The position numbers were made by a program, and so were the translations under genes. A model generated the notes under the pieces. It saw only the letters and a program-made list of their open reading frames with translations, made no database searches and was not told the DNA's origin. Positions 8,665 to 18,271 of a stretch of DNA of 64,000 nt are shown piece after piece; position 1 is the stretch's first letter; each line of letters begins with the position of its first letter. Origin of the DNA: Parcubacteria group bacterium Gr01-1014_38 (lineage in GTDB: Bacteria; Patescibacteriota; Andersenbacteria; UBA10190; CAIZMI01); NCBI GenBank assembly GCA_007376145.1, contig VMFP01000001.1, positions 14,639 to 78,638 of the forward strand. Direction: 5' to 3'.

Positions 8665-9672
8665 ATGGCTCTGCGCATCGCGATCAACGGGTTTGGGAGA
8701 ATTGGGCGACCGAGCTTCAAGATCGCGCTCGAGAAACCGGAGCTAGAAGTCGTGGCGATCAACGATTTGACGGCGCCGAACACGCTCGCGCATCTCCTCA
8801 AGTACGACACCGTGTACGGACGCTACGCGAAGGAGGTCTCGGCGGATGAAAGCGCGCTCATGGTGGACGGACGGCGGTTTCCCGTCTATGCGGAAAAGGA
8901 CCCCAGCAAGCTGCCTTGGAAGGACCTTGGTGTGGACGTCGTTCTTGAATGCACGGGATTTTTCACGACCAAAGAGAAAGCCGCGGCACACCTTACGGCC
9001 GGCGCCAAGCGCGTCGTTATCTCCGCGCCGAGCGACAGCCCGGACGTTGAGACTATTCTTTTGGGAGTGAACGAGGATCGCTTGCAGAGTCAGGACATTA
9101 TCGCGAACGGGTCTTGCACGACCAATGCCGTCACGCCGGTCCTGGCTATTCTGGACGAAGCGTTCGGCGTCGAGAAAGCGATGATGACGACGGTGCACGC
9201 GATCACGTCCACGCAAAATCTCGTGGACGGGCCGAACAAAGATCTCCGGCGGGCGCGGGCCGCGTCGTGGAACATCGTTCCCACGACGACCGGCGCCGCG
9301 GAAGCGACGATCCGCGCGCTCCCCGAAATGGAAGGGCGATTCACGGGAATCTCCATCCGGGTTCCCGTGCCGACGGTCTCTGTGGCAGATTTCGCCATAG
9401 TGACAAAACAACCCGCAACGGTCGAGGCGGTGAATGATGCATATACGGCCGCTGCGCAAGCAGAACGATACGCCGGTATTGTCGCCGTGACGGACGAACC
9501 GCTGGTCTCCAGCGATTTCATCGGCGACCCGCACTCGGCGATTGTGGATCTCCAGCTTACCCAAGTGGTTGGCGGAAACCTCGTGAAAGTCGTCGCCTGG
9601 TACGACAACGAATGGGGATACGCGAATCGGCTCGTGGAGCAGGCGATTGCGGTTGGAAAGACGGTCGGGTGA
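8665..9672 (+). CDS. gap: glyceraldehyde-3-phosphate dehydrogenase
   Basis: MALRIAINGFGRIGR N-terminus and ...SCTTN... catalytic Cys; 335 aa. Confidence 0.92.
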   Translation: MALRIAINGFGRIGRPSFKIALEKPELEVVAINDLTAPNTLAHLLKYDTVYGRYAKEVSADESALMVDGRRFPVYAEKDPSKLPWKDLGVDVVLECTGFFTTKEKAAAHLTAGAKRVVISAPSDSPDVETILLGVNEDRLQSQDIIANGSCTTNAVTPVLAILDEAFGVEKAMMTTVHAITSTQNLVDGPNKDLRRARAASWNIVPTTTGAAEATIRALPEMEGRFTGISIRVPVPTVSVADFAIVTKQPATVEAVNDAYTAAAQAERYAGIVAVTDEPLVSSDFIGDPHSAIVDLQLTQVVGGNLVKVVAWYDNEWGYANRLVEQAIAVGKTVG

Positions 9673-9702
9673 CGCGGGTCGTCGCCGCGGACGTACATCG
9701 TT

Positions 9703-10899
9703 TTGATGCGCACCCTACGCACGCTTCGCGGTGTGGACGTGAAGGGGAAGCGTGTGCTCCTTCGTGTGGATTGCAATGTCGCTGTGGATGACGACGGACG
9801 GCCGCTCTCCGGGGCCGAGCAGCGCCTGGAAGCGATTCTTCCCACCATTCAGCATCTTCAGTCGGAGGGAGCGCGAGTGATTTTGCTGTCGCATCTCGGC
9901 CGCCCGGGCGGGAAAGTCGTTGAATCGCTCCGACTGGACGATGTCGCGCGTCAGTTGAGTGTTCTTCTCAATACGCCGGTACGGTACATCCCGGAAGTGG
10001 GGGGTCCCGACGTCTGCGCGCGTGTCGAGCAGATGCAAGACGGCGACATTGCGCTCCTGGAAAACCTCCGCTTCGATCCGGGTGAAGAGAGGGCGGACCT
10101 CGCCTTTGCCGACGCCCTCGCGAGCCTCGGCGATCTGGTGGTTCAAGACGCATTCAGCGTGTCACATCGCAGTCACGCGTCCGTGGCAGTCTTGCCGCGT
10201 CTGCGCCCCTCGTACGCCGGGTTCCTCGTTGAGCGTGAAGTGGACGTGCTCCAGCGGATTCTCGTGAATCCCGAACGCCCCGCGATTGCCATCATCGGGG
10301 GAGCAAAACTCGAGACGAAACTGGCGCTCCTGAAGACTCTCCTTCCTCGCGTGGATCATCTTCTCACCGGCGGCGGCGTTGCCAATACGTTTCTCCGACT
10401 CTCGGGGTCTCCGATCGGTACCGGCTTGGTCGAGACCCACCCCTTCCCAGACGTGTCCGCGCTGCTCTCGGAGTCCTTGGACAAGCTCCATCTCCCGACC
10501 GATGTGCACGTGATTCGCGGCGGGCAGAGTCGCGACGCGCGCATCATCCCCGTGGGCGCGCTGACGCCCGCCGACGACGTCCGGGACATTGGTCCGGAGA
10601 CGGCTCTTGCCTACTGTCGGGTGATCGCCACGTCGAAGACATGCATCTGGAACGGTCCCCTCGGACAGTTTGAAACTCTCCCCTTCGGTGAGGGGACGAG
10701 GCGAGTTGCTCACTGCATTCGGAATGCCGATGCCTTTTCCGTTGTCGGGGGCGGTGATACGGTGAGAGCACTATCCGAGATGGGTCTGCTGAGTGCGTTC
10801 GACCATGTCTCGACCGGAGGGGGAGCCATGCTCGCATTTCTCGAAGGAGCACCGATGCCGGGGCTTGAGCCGCTGTATACCCCGTTAGAAACCGCATGA
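9703..10899 (+). CDS. pgk: phosphoglycerate kinase
   Basis: GKRVLLRVDCNV and a hinge and C-terminal domain with GGGDT; 398 aa. Confidence 0.92.
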   Translation: MMRTLRTLRGVDVKGKRVLLRVDCNVAVDDDGRPLSGAEQRLEAILPTIQHLQSEGARVILLSHLGRPGGKVVESLRLDDVARQLSVLLNTPVRYIPEVGGPDVCARVEQMQDGDIALLENLRFDPGEERADLAFADALASLGDLVVQDAFSVSHRSHASVAVLPRLRPSYAGFLVEREVDVLQRILVNPERPAIAIIGGAKLETKLALLKTLLPRVDHLLTGGGVANTFLRLSGSPIGTGLVETHPFPDVSALLSESLDKLHLPTDVHVIRGGQSRDARIIPVGALTPADDVRDIGPETALAYCRVIATSKTCIWNGPLGQFETLPFGEGTRRVAHCIRNADAFSVVGGGDTVRALSEMGLLSAFDHVSTGGGAMLAFLEGAPMPGLEPLYTPLETA

Positions 10900-11038
10900 T
10901 GCGAACCTCCTTTCGCCACACTGCATGGATGGGTCTCTGGGACCCAGGCTCACTACTCTCTCTGCGAAAAATCAGCTGTTGCCGTGCGAGCTTTTTCGTG
11001 CACGGTTTCTAACGGGGTATACTGCGTAGAACCTTCCG

Positions 11039-12343
11039 ATGGCCGCGATCGCGGGCTTACAGGCAGTCGAGATCCTTGACTCCCGAGGGGACCCGACGCT
11101 CCGTGTCACCGCGGTCCTTGATGACGGTTCGATGGGGGAAGCGTCCGTCCCTTCGGGTGCGTCCACGGGTATTCATGAGGCGCATGAACTCCGCGATGGA
11201 GAGGACCAGCGCTACCGGGGAAAAGGCGTGCGCCAAGCCGTTGTGCGTGTCGAGGGCGAAATCCTGAAAGCGCTGAAAAAACGCAAAGCGGATGCGCAGG
11301 AACGGATTGACGAGACCCTCCGGCGTCTGGACGGAACGGAACACAAGGAGCGCTTGGGAGCAAACGCGATCCTCGGCGTCTCGCTTGCCGTTGCCCGTGC
11401 CGTGGCAGCATCCGCTCGTCTTCCGCTCTATGCGTACCTTCGTCGGCTCGCGGGCAAGGAGCAGGAACCGACGTATGTCCTTCCGCTTCCATTGATGAAC
11501 GTGGTGAACGGCGGGAAGCACGCCGACTCCGGACTTGACATCCAAGAGTTCATGGTTCTTCCCGTTGGGGCACCCTCATTTCCCGAGGCCGTCCGGGCAG
11601 GCAGCGAAATCTTCCACGCACTCGGCGATTTGGTGCATGCGGCGGGTCAGAGCCGGAGCGTGGGGGACGAGGGCGGTTATGCACCGCGTCTCGAGAGAAA
11701 CGACGAAGTCTTTGCGCTCTTGGAGCGCGCGGTCGCCGCAACAGGGCGAACGGTAGGGAGGGATGTCGTGTTCGGTCTCGACGCGGCTGCCTCCGAGTTC
11801 CACGACGCGAAGGAACGTGCGTACATTCTGAAAGCACCCAGTGTCACGCTCACGGCCGATCGTTTGGTCGCGCTCTACGCGGAATGGATTGGCAAGTGGC
11901 CGGTGAAGACCATCGAAGATCCCTTGGAGCAGGATGACTGGGATGGGTGGACGAAAGCGACGGAGAAGCTTCGCGGACTCGGTGTCCAGGTGGTCGGTGA
12001 CGATTTCTTCGTGACGAACGTCGAGCGTCTTCAGCGGGGGATTGATCGGAAATGCGCGAGCGCGATTCTTATTAAGGTGAATCAGATTGGGACGCTGTCG
12101 GAGACGCTGGCCGCTATTGAACTCGCGCAGAAGCACCGCTATGGCGTCATCATTTCTCACCGCTCCGGCGAAACCGCCGACACCTTCATTGCCGACCTCG
12201 CGGTGGCCACGAACGCAGGCCAAATCAAGACCGGAAGCCTCTCTCGCAGCGAGCGCGTGGAAAAATACAACCGCCTCCTCGCGATCGAACGCGAGCTGGG
12301 CGAGAACGCCCGCTACGCCGGCGCTTCGGCGTTGAGCGTTTGA
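11039..12343 (+). CDS. eno: enolase
   Basis: VEILDSRGDPT..., SGETED-like SHRSGETAD and a C-terminal KYNRLLAIE; 434 aa. Confidence 0.93.
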   Translation: MAAIAGLQAVEILDSRGDPTLRVTAVLDDGSMGEASVPSGASTGIHEAHELRDGEDQRYRGKGVRQAVVRVEGEILKALKKRKADAQERIDETLRRLDGTEHKERLGANAILGVSLAVARAVAASARLPLYAYLRRLAGKEQEPTYVLPLPLMNVVNGGKHADSGLDIQEFMVLPVGAPSFPEAVRAGSEIFHALGDLVHAAGQSRSVGDEGGYAPRLERNDEVFALLERAVAATGRTVGRDVVFGLDAAASEFHDAKERAYILKAPSVTLTADRLVALYAEWIGKWPVKTIEDPLEQDDWDGWTKATEKLRGLGVQVVGDDFFVTNVERLQRGIDRKCASAILIKVNQIGTLSETLAAIELAQKHRYGVIISHRSGETADTFIADLAVATNAGQIKTGSLSRSERVEKYNRLLAIERELGENARYAGASALSV

Positions 12344-12570
12344 AGCCCAAACGACAGACGGTGGGTTCGGTATGACCGTTTTGACCGACTTTAAGGAACG
12401 TCAAATCGTTCTGACGACGGCGATCGGAAGACACTTGACAGCACCTCCGACAGGGCATCTCCGAGTGGTAGTCTGATACTGCTCGCGCTATTGGAGGGTG
12501 GGAGCACGTCTCATCCCTAGCGTTCGTCGTAGAATGAAGCAGATTCTTTTACAGAAAGGGGGTGAACTCT

Positions 12571-13245
12571 ATGCGTAGTACATTGACCTCGCAGGGCATC
12601 TCGTCGTTTCTCGGCGGGGTTCTTGCTTGTATTGGTCTCTTCATGTTCGTGCCGACCGCGAGCGCACACGAGACGTCCGGTGATCGTCTTCGCGCACTCT
12701 CGAACTTCGAAGATTCCAAAGGCGGACCGGAGAACGTGGCCGAAGCAGAGCGCCGTCTGATCCTCCACGGCCGGACGCCGCGCGTGATCGGCGCTGCAAC
12801 GGAAGCGACAGCGGCCCGCGTCGCCGCGCCGTCGAAGGACGCGCGGCACGTCCTCTCCAACTTCGAGGATGCACGCGGCGGGAAAGAAAACGTCGCGGAG
12901 ACAGAACGTCGCGCCGTTCTGCGCGGCAGCGTGCCGCGGGTGAAGGGCATCAGCATGGCGGCGGGAGGGGCAGGGATCCAGTCACTTCGCGGGGAAATCA
13001 CGGAGCTGACTCCCACCTTTGTGGAGGTGTGGTACAAGGACGTAAGCGGTAACGACGTCCGGCGCAAGTTTGCGCTGACGGCAAGCACCGTCATGCGCGC
13101 CCACCTGCAGCGCGGGGACCAGGTTGAGGTTCGATTCGCCTTGGAAGGGTGGATCGCGCTCATGGTGCGAGACTTGGCTCCTCCGGGCGAAGAAGCGCGG
13201 TTCGGAGCCAACAACTGCGCCGAGTGTCCTGGAGAACCCATGTAA
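12571..13245 (+). CDS. secreted hypothetical protein with two ~35-aa internal tandem repeats
   Basis: An SD (aaaggggg) precedes ATG 12571. A signal peptide ends ...PTASA/HE, and the repeats LSNFEDSKGGPENVAEAERR... and LSNFEDARGGKENVAETERR... follow. Start codon is ATG 12571; the GTG at 12562 was rejected. Confidence 0.55.
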   Translation: MRSTLTSQGISSFLGGVLACIGLFMFVPTASAHETSGDRLRALSNFEDSKGGPENVAEAERRLILHGRTPRVIGAATEATAARVAAPSKDARHVLSNFEDARGGKENVAETERRAVLRGSVPRVKGISMAAGGAGIQSLRGEITELTPTFVEVWYKDVSGNDVRRKFALTASTVMRAHLQRGDQVEVRFALEGWIALMVRDLAPPGEEARFGANNCAECPGEPM

Positions 13246-13273
13246 GAAACTCCGACCGGTCTCATGACGTGCT

Positions 13274-13310
13274 GTCCGGGTCCCCTCAAGGGGACCCGGC
13301 GGCGTTTTTG
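13274..13310 (+). terminator. rho-independent terminator
   Basis: ccgggtcccct-caa-ggggacccgg stem-loop followed by GGCGTTTTT; a second hairpin (gcgtcag...ctgacgc) lies just downstream. Confidence 0.75.
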
Positions 13311-13390
13311 GCGTCAGGCGTTCTGACGCTGCGAGGACTCTTGTTCTGGGCGTCTAGACAACACCGCTGTTTTCCTCGAATCTGGAGAAG

Positions 13391-15625
13391 GTGACAGCAC
13401 GGAAGAAGACGTTTCTCGGATTGGCGGGAATCGTTGTGCTCGCGGTGTTGGCGGTACTCTCCATTCTTCCGCCGCCCCGCGGCGGAGTGCTAGCGCGGTT
13501 TTTGCCTGGCGTCCGACTGGGACTCGATTTGCAGGGCGGGACGCAGCTCATCTACGAAGCGAACATGCGGGAGGTGCCGGCAGCGGACCAGGCGACGGCG
13601 CTCGAGGGCGTGCGCGATGTCATCGAGCGGCGCGTGAACGCCTTTGGGGTCGCGGAACCCCTCGTGCAATTGCTTCGCGGCGGTGCGCCGCGAGTCCTCA
13701 TTGAACTTCCGGGAATTCAGGACGCCGAGGCGGCAATCAAGCAGATTGGAGAAACGCCGCAACTCGATTTCCGAGAAGAGGGAGAAACAGTCAAAGTGAA
13801 AGATCCCGAAGGAAAAGAGATCGAAGTACCTCAGTGGGAGCGAACGGAACTCACCGGCCGTCACCTGAAGCGTGCCGATGTCGTCTTTCACCCGCAGACC
13901 GGCGAGCCGCAAGTGTCGCTTGTCTTCGACGGGGAAGGGAAGCGGCTCTTCGCCGAGATCACGAAAAAGAATGTCGGAAAGCGGATCGCGATTTTCCTCG
14001 ATGGTACGCCCATTACCGCGCCGGTGGTGCAAGAGGCGATTACTGCCGGTGAGGCGGTGATCACCGGAACCTTCGCGGTGCAGGAGGCAAAACAGCTCGC
14101 GACGCGTCTGAATGCAGGGGCACTCCCCGTCCCGATTACGATCGCGACCCGAACCACCGTGGGTCCAAGGCTCGGGCGCGAGTCGCTCGCCCAAAGCCTT
14201 ATGGCTGGCATCATCGGGATGATAATCCTCGGGATCATCATGGTGGTGCTCTACCGCCTGCCGGGAGTGGTGGCCATGGTGGCGCTCACCCTCTACGGCA
14301 TACTGGTCTTCGCCATTCTCCAGACGCTCGGCGCGACGCTGACGGTCGCGGGCATCGCGGGGTTCATTCTCTCGCTGGGCATGGCGGTGGATGCCAACAT
14401 CCTCATTTTCGAGCGCTTGAAGGAAGGACTGCGCGCGTCCTACCCGGCGGGTACGGCATTGACGGAAGGTTTCAAAGAGGCGTGGCCCTCGATTCGCGAT
14501 TCCAATATCTCCAGTCTCATCACGGCCGTGCTCCTCTACAGTTTTGGGAGCAGCGTCGTTCGAGGCTTCGCAACCACATTGAGCATCGGGATCCTCGTCA
14601 GCATGTTCACCGCGATCGTCGTGACCCGCCTCTTGCTGACAGCGCTCACGGGGATGCGAGTCTTTTCTTCGTCTCGGTGGTACGCGCGTCTTTTTCTTCC
14701 GTCTTTGCCGGCCGACCGACCACCGTTCAGTTTCCTTCGCATCGCACGCCTGTGGCTCGCCGTGTCCGGGATTCTCGCCGTTGCCAGCATCGTGGCCATC
14801 GGCGCACGTGGCATCCGGCCCGGCATTGATTTCACCGGAGGATCGCTCCTGGAACTGCGTGGACAGGGTGCGACCGTGCCCACCGTCCGGGACGCACTTA
14901 CGAAAGCAGGAAAAGAGCGCATCACCGTCCAGGATGCCGGGAGCGGCAATGTTCTCCTTCGCCTGCCTCCAGTGAGCACGGAAGAACACGTCGCCCTCCG
15001 CGAGGTACTGCGAACGACCTTTGCCTCATTTGAGGAAATTCGCTTTGAGACTGTGGGGCCGACGATTGGACGGGAACTCCTCCGCAAGGCAATCCTGGCA
15101 ACGGTCTTTGCCTTCGTGCTTATCCTCGGCTATCTGGCGTGGGCGTTCCGCAAAGCCACCAGTACGATCTCCCCCTGGGCCTTCGGGACCATCGCGGTCA
15201 TCGCGCTTGCCCACGACCTCCTGCTCATGGCCGGAGGGTTCACGCTGATCGCGCGCGCCTGGGGAGCATCCGCAGATTCCTTGTTTCTCACCGCCGTCCT
15301 CACGCTGCTCGGCTTTTCCGTGCACGACACGATCGTGGTGTTCAACCGCATGAAGAGCAATCTCTTTCGGCTCCGACTCCCGTTCCGCGACCTGGTGGAC
15401 CGTTCCGTCTGGGAAACGCTCACCCGTTCGGTGAACACGTCGGCGACGACCTTGTTCGTGCTGCTGGCAATGCTCTTCTTCGGCGGAGAGACGGTCCGCC
15501 CCTTCGTGGCCACGCTCAGCATCGGGATTGTGGTGGGGACATACTCCTCGATTTTCATCGCCGCACCGATCCTCGTGGCGTGGCAGGAGCGGCGGTTTTG
15601 GTTCTTCCGAAAGAGAGCAGCATGA
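13391..15625 (+). CDS. secDF: fused protein-export membrane protein SecDF
   Basis: An N-terminal SecD portion (LGLDLQGGT..., 6 TM) continues into a SecF portion (IDFTGGS...) in one 744-aa frame; the GTG start follows GGAGAAGG. Confidence 0.85.
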   Translation: MTARKKTFLGLAGIVVLAVLAVLSILPPPRGGVLARFLPGVRLGLDLQGGTQLIYEANMREVPAADQATALEGVRDVIERRVNAFGVAEPLVQLLRGGAPRVLIELPGIQDAEAAIKQIGETPQLDFREEGETVKVKDPEGKEIEVPQWERTELTGRHLKRADVVFHPQTGEPQVSLVFDGEGKRLFAEITKKNVGKRIAIFLDGTPITAPVVQEAITAGEAVITGTFAVQEAKQLATRLNAGALPVPITIATRTTVGPRLGRESLAQSLMAGIIGMIILGIIMVVLYRLPGVVAMVALTLYGILVFAILQTLGATLTVAGIAGFILSLGMAVDANILIFERLKEGLRASYPAGTALTEGFKEAWPSIRDSNISSLITAVLLYSFGSSVVRGFATTLSIGILVSMFTAIVVTRLLLTALTGMRVFSSSRWYARLFLPSLPADRPPFSFLRIARLWLAVSGILAVASIVAIGARGIRPGIDFTGGSLLELRGQGATVPTVRDALTKAGKERITVQDAGSGNVLLRLPPVSTEEHVALREVLRTTFASFEEIRFETVGPTIGRELLRKAILATVFAFVLILGYLAWAFRKATSTISPWAFGTIAVIALAHDLLLMAGGFTLIARAWGASADSLFLTAVLTLLGFSVHDTIVVFNRMKSNLFRLRLPFRDLVDRSVWETLTRSVNTSATTLFVLLAMLFFGGETVRPFVATLSIGIVVGTYSSIFIAAPILVAWQERRFWFFRKRAA

Positions 15626-16632
15626 ACCGTTCTGGCGCAGCGAAGCCGGATGCCCCGAGCGGGTTCCCACCCACTCGTCCCGACGACGCGGGACTCGCGG
15701 GAACCCGGTTGAGCGACCGAGCGGGCATGGTGTCCCGTGCGGAGCGCGCGGGACGAGCGAGGGAGCGTTCCCCGAGCGAGCCTCGCCGGGGCGAGCGAGG
15801 AAAGCGAGGGGCGCCGGCGAGCTCGCTCATTGGGCATTCCGCAACCTGGGCACTCCTCCAGCGATTGCTGGAGCGAGAGCGACTCCCGGCCGCGGTGCTC
15901 TTGGCGGGTCCGCCGGGAGTAGGGAAGAGGACGATGGCGTCGCGCCTTGCCCGAGAACTCCTGTCGGTGTCCACCGACGCCGAACTCGCCGCACATCCGG
16001 ATGTCCTGCGTCTCTCCCCGCTGGAGGACGCGGCGATGCGTGGTCGCCTGGTCTCCCTTCTGCATCAGGTGAGCGAACGTCCGGTTCGAGCCGAAGTCCG
16101 ACTCATTCTCTTGGAACACGTCGATCAACTCTCTGCCGCGGCCGCCGCCCTTCTCTTAAAAGCAATTGAAGATGCACCGGCGTACGCCAAATTCTTCCTC
16201 ACCGCCACCGTACTCGATCGCGTCGCTCCCACGGTTCGCTCTCGGGCGCTCGTCCGAACGCTGACGCCCCTGCCCGAGGATACCCTCACTCGAGAGCTCC
16301 ACACCCGCGGATTCAGCGCCGTCGAAGAGCTGGCGCGCTTGAGCGGTGGTCGCCCGGGCCTCGCGCTCCGCCTCGCGGCCGACCCAGACCTTCTTCGCCG
16401 CTACCGGGCATGGGGAGCCGCGATGACGCACCTCCGCGCATCCGACATGGACCTTCGCCTCGGAGATGACGCGGAGATGGCAAAAGAATTCTTTGCATTT
16501 TTGGAAAGCACCCTCCGACGCGGGACGCCCAGCGCCACGCTCGTGCGGCGTGTGCGCGAGGCGGAAGCGATGCTCCGGCAACATGTCCCGCCGCACTTCG
16601 TGGTAGAGTACGTAGTGAGAGACGCTCCATGA
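15622..16632 (+). CDS. holB: DNA polymerase III delta' subunit (clamp loader) with an atypical Arg/Glu-rich N-terminal extension
   Basis: The ATG overlaps the secDF stop (ATGA). The core carries LLAGPPGVGKRTMA (AAA+ P-loop) and SRA.. motifs. The first ~70 aa are low-complexity (RAERAGRARERSPSEPRRGERGKRG), and an alternative in-frame ATG exists at 15727. Confidence 0.65.
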   Translation: MNRSGAAKPDAPSGFPPTRPDDAGLAGTRLSDRAGMVSRAERAGRARERSPSEPRRGERGKRGAPASSLIGHSATWALLQRLLERERLPAAVLLAGPPGVGKRTMASRLARELLSVSTDAELAAHPDVLRLSPLEDAAMRGRLVSLLHQVSERPVRAEVRLILLEHVDQLSAAAAALLLKAIEDAPAYAKFFLTATVLDRVAPTVRSRALVRTLTPLPEDTLTRELHTRGFSAVEELARLSGGRPGLALRLAADPDLLRRYRAWGAAMTHLRASDMDLRLGDDAEMAKEFFAFLESTLRRGTPSATLVRRVREAEAMLRQHVPPHFVVEYVVRDAP

Positions 16633-17180
16633 CTGGTGGACCGGAGATTTCCGCTGCGTTCGCCCCAGTTCTTATGCATCTCGATACGGTCCTCCAGGGC
16701 CTCCGGACGGGGCGAGCGAATCCCGGGCTTGTGGAGCACATCGAGGTGGAAAGCTACGGAACGAAGATGCGCATCAAGGAGCTGGCCACGGTGACAGTGC
16801 CGGACGCGAGGACAATCCACATCCAGCCCTGGGATAAAGGTCACGTACCGATCATCGCCAAAACTATTGAATCCTCTCCGCTCGGAGTGATGCCTGCCGT
16901 CGCGGGAACCGTGATCCGCTTGTCGCTTCCGCCGCTCACCGAGGAGCGACGGCGGGAACTCACCCGCCTCGTCAGGAAGCACTTGGAGGAGGCGCGCGTT
17001 GCCATTCGAAACATCCGGGAGAAGCAGCTGAAGGAACTGAAGAGCAGGAAAGACGCAAAAGAACTCTCCGAAGATGCGCTTGAACGGGAGCGGAAGAAAC
17101 TCCAGGAGGACGTGGACGCCGCCATCACGGCGATTGACAACCGGGGGAAGGAGAAGGAAAAAGAACTCCTTGCTTTTTAA
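16629..17180 (+). CDS. frr: ribosome recycling factor
   Basis: A 183-aa RRF fold (VESYGTKMRIKELATV...); the ATG overlaps the holB stop. Confidence 0.9.
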   Translation: MTGGPEISAAFAPVLMHLDTVLQGLRTGRANPGLVEHIEVESYGTKMRIKELATVTVPDARTIHIQPWDKGHVPIIAKTIESSPLGVMPAVAGTVIRLSLPPLTEERRRELTRLVRKHLEEARVAIRNIREKQLKELKSRKDAKELSEDALERERKKLQEDVDAAITAIDNRGKEKEKELLAF

Positions 17181-17192
17181 AGACTCCGACGC

Positions 17193-18263
17193 ATGCTCGT
17201 CACCATCCTCGCATTCCTCTTCCTCCTCCTCGTCCTCATCATGGTTCATGAGAGCGGGCATGCGCTGCTCGCGCGACTCATGGGCGTCCGCGTGGAGGAA
17301 TTCGGGTTCGGGTTCCCGCCTCGCCTCACCGCTCGGCGCGTCGGGGACACGGTATACTCGGTGAACGCACTCCCGATCGGCGGCTTTGTCCGCTTGACCG
17401 GCGAAGATGATGCCGATGCGGACGATCCTCGGTCATTCGCGATTCAGCCGCGGACCCGCCGCGCACTGATCGTCGCTGGCGGGATCATCGCGAATCTCGT
17501 CTTGGCCGTCGTCGGGTTTACGCTCGTGGCGGGGTTCGGCGTTGATGTGCCCCTCGCCGGAGCGGAGCGCCCCGTCTCAAACCGACGTGTCGAGGTTGTA
17601 GAAATTCAGGACACGCCGGTGCTCCGCGCGGCGGACATTCAGCCACGCGACGTTCTCGTGGCCGTTAACGGCATCTCTGTGGAGAACGCGGCGGATGGCG
17701 CCGAGAAGGTCCGCGGTTTCACCGGAAGCAGTCTCACCCTCACGGTGGCACGGGGCACAGAAACTCGGATCGTGGTCTTAGCCTTCGCGCCGCCGAAAGC
17801 GGCCGGCCAGCGTGTCGGCCTGGCGCTTCTGGACGTGGGCACCGCGCGTGTTCCGTGGTCGCAGGCCCCGCTCGAAGGACTACGCATGACCGGTCAAACC
17901 GTTCAACTCACGTTCTTCGGTATCGGACGCACGCTGCGCGAAGCGATTGTCAACCGGCAAGCGCCGAAAGATCTTGCTGGCCCCGTCGGCATCGCCACCA
18001 TCACGGGAGCGGTCGCAAAGCGGGGATTCGTCCCGCTGCTGGACCTCATGGGAATTCTCTCCGTGAACCTCGCGCTCGTGAATGCGCTTCCGATTCCTGC
18101 GCTGGATGGCGGACGCCTGCTCTTCCTTCTCCTTGACGCACTCGGCATACGGACGCTCCGCGGCCGCCCCGAGCGCCTCGCGCATACAATCGGGTTTATT
18201 GTTCTCCTCGCACTCCTTGCCTTTATTACCTTCGGCGATATTCAGCGCCTCATCCAGCGGTAA
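17193..18263 (+). CDS. rseP: RIP (site-2) metalloprotease RseP, M50 family, with a PDZ domain
   Basis: HESGHAL in the first TM, a PDZ-like middle region and a C-terminal TM with LNLALVNALPIPALDGG. Confidence 0.85.
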   Translation: MLVTILAFLFLLLVLIMVHESGHALLARLMGVRVEEFGFGFPPRLTARRVGDTVYSVNALPIGGFVRLTGEDDADADDPRSFAIQPRTRRALIVAGGIIANLVLAVVGFTLVAGFGVDVPLAGAERPVSNRRVEVVEIQDTPVLRAADIQPRDVLVAVNGISVENAADGAEKVRGFTGSSLTLTVARGTETRIVVLAFAPPKAAGQRVGLALLDVGTARVPWSQAPLEGLRMTGQTVQLTFFGIGRTLREAIVNRQAPKDLAGPVGIATITGAVAKRGFVPLLDLMGILSVNLALVNALPIPALDGGRLLFLLLDALGIRTLRGRPERLAHTIGFIVLLALLAFITFGDIQRLIQR

Positions 18264-18271
18264 CATCCTGT

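Noticed and set aside
13490-14989. 499-aa minus-strand ORF antisense to secDF, and similar long antisense ORFs (20740..22200 opposite mreB/mreC, 30443..32488 opposite murF/degT, 22407..23369, 36824..38257, 23146..24567)
   Set aside because: In a 62% GC genome, stop-poor antisense frames arise by chance. Their translations are Arg/Pro/Gly-rich with no motifs, whereas the sense strands encode unmistakable conserved proteins.
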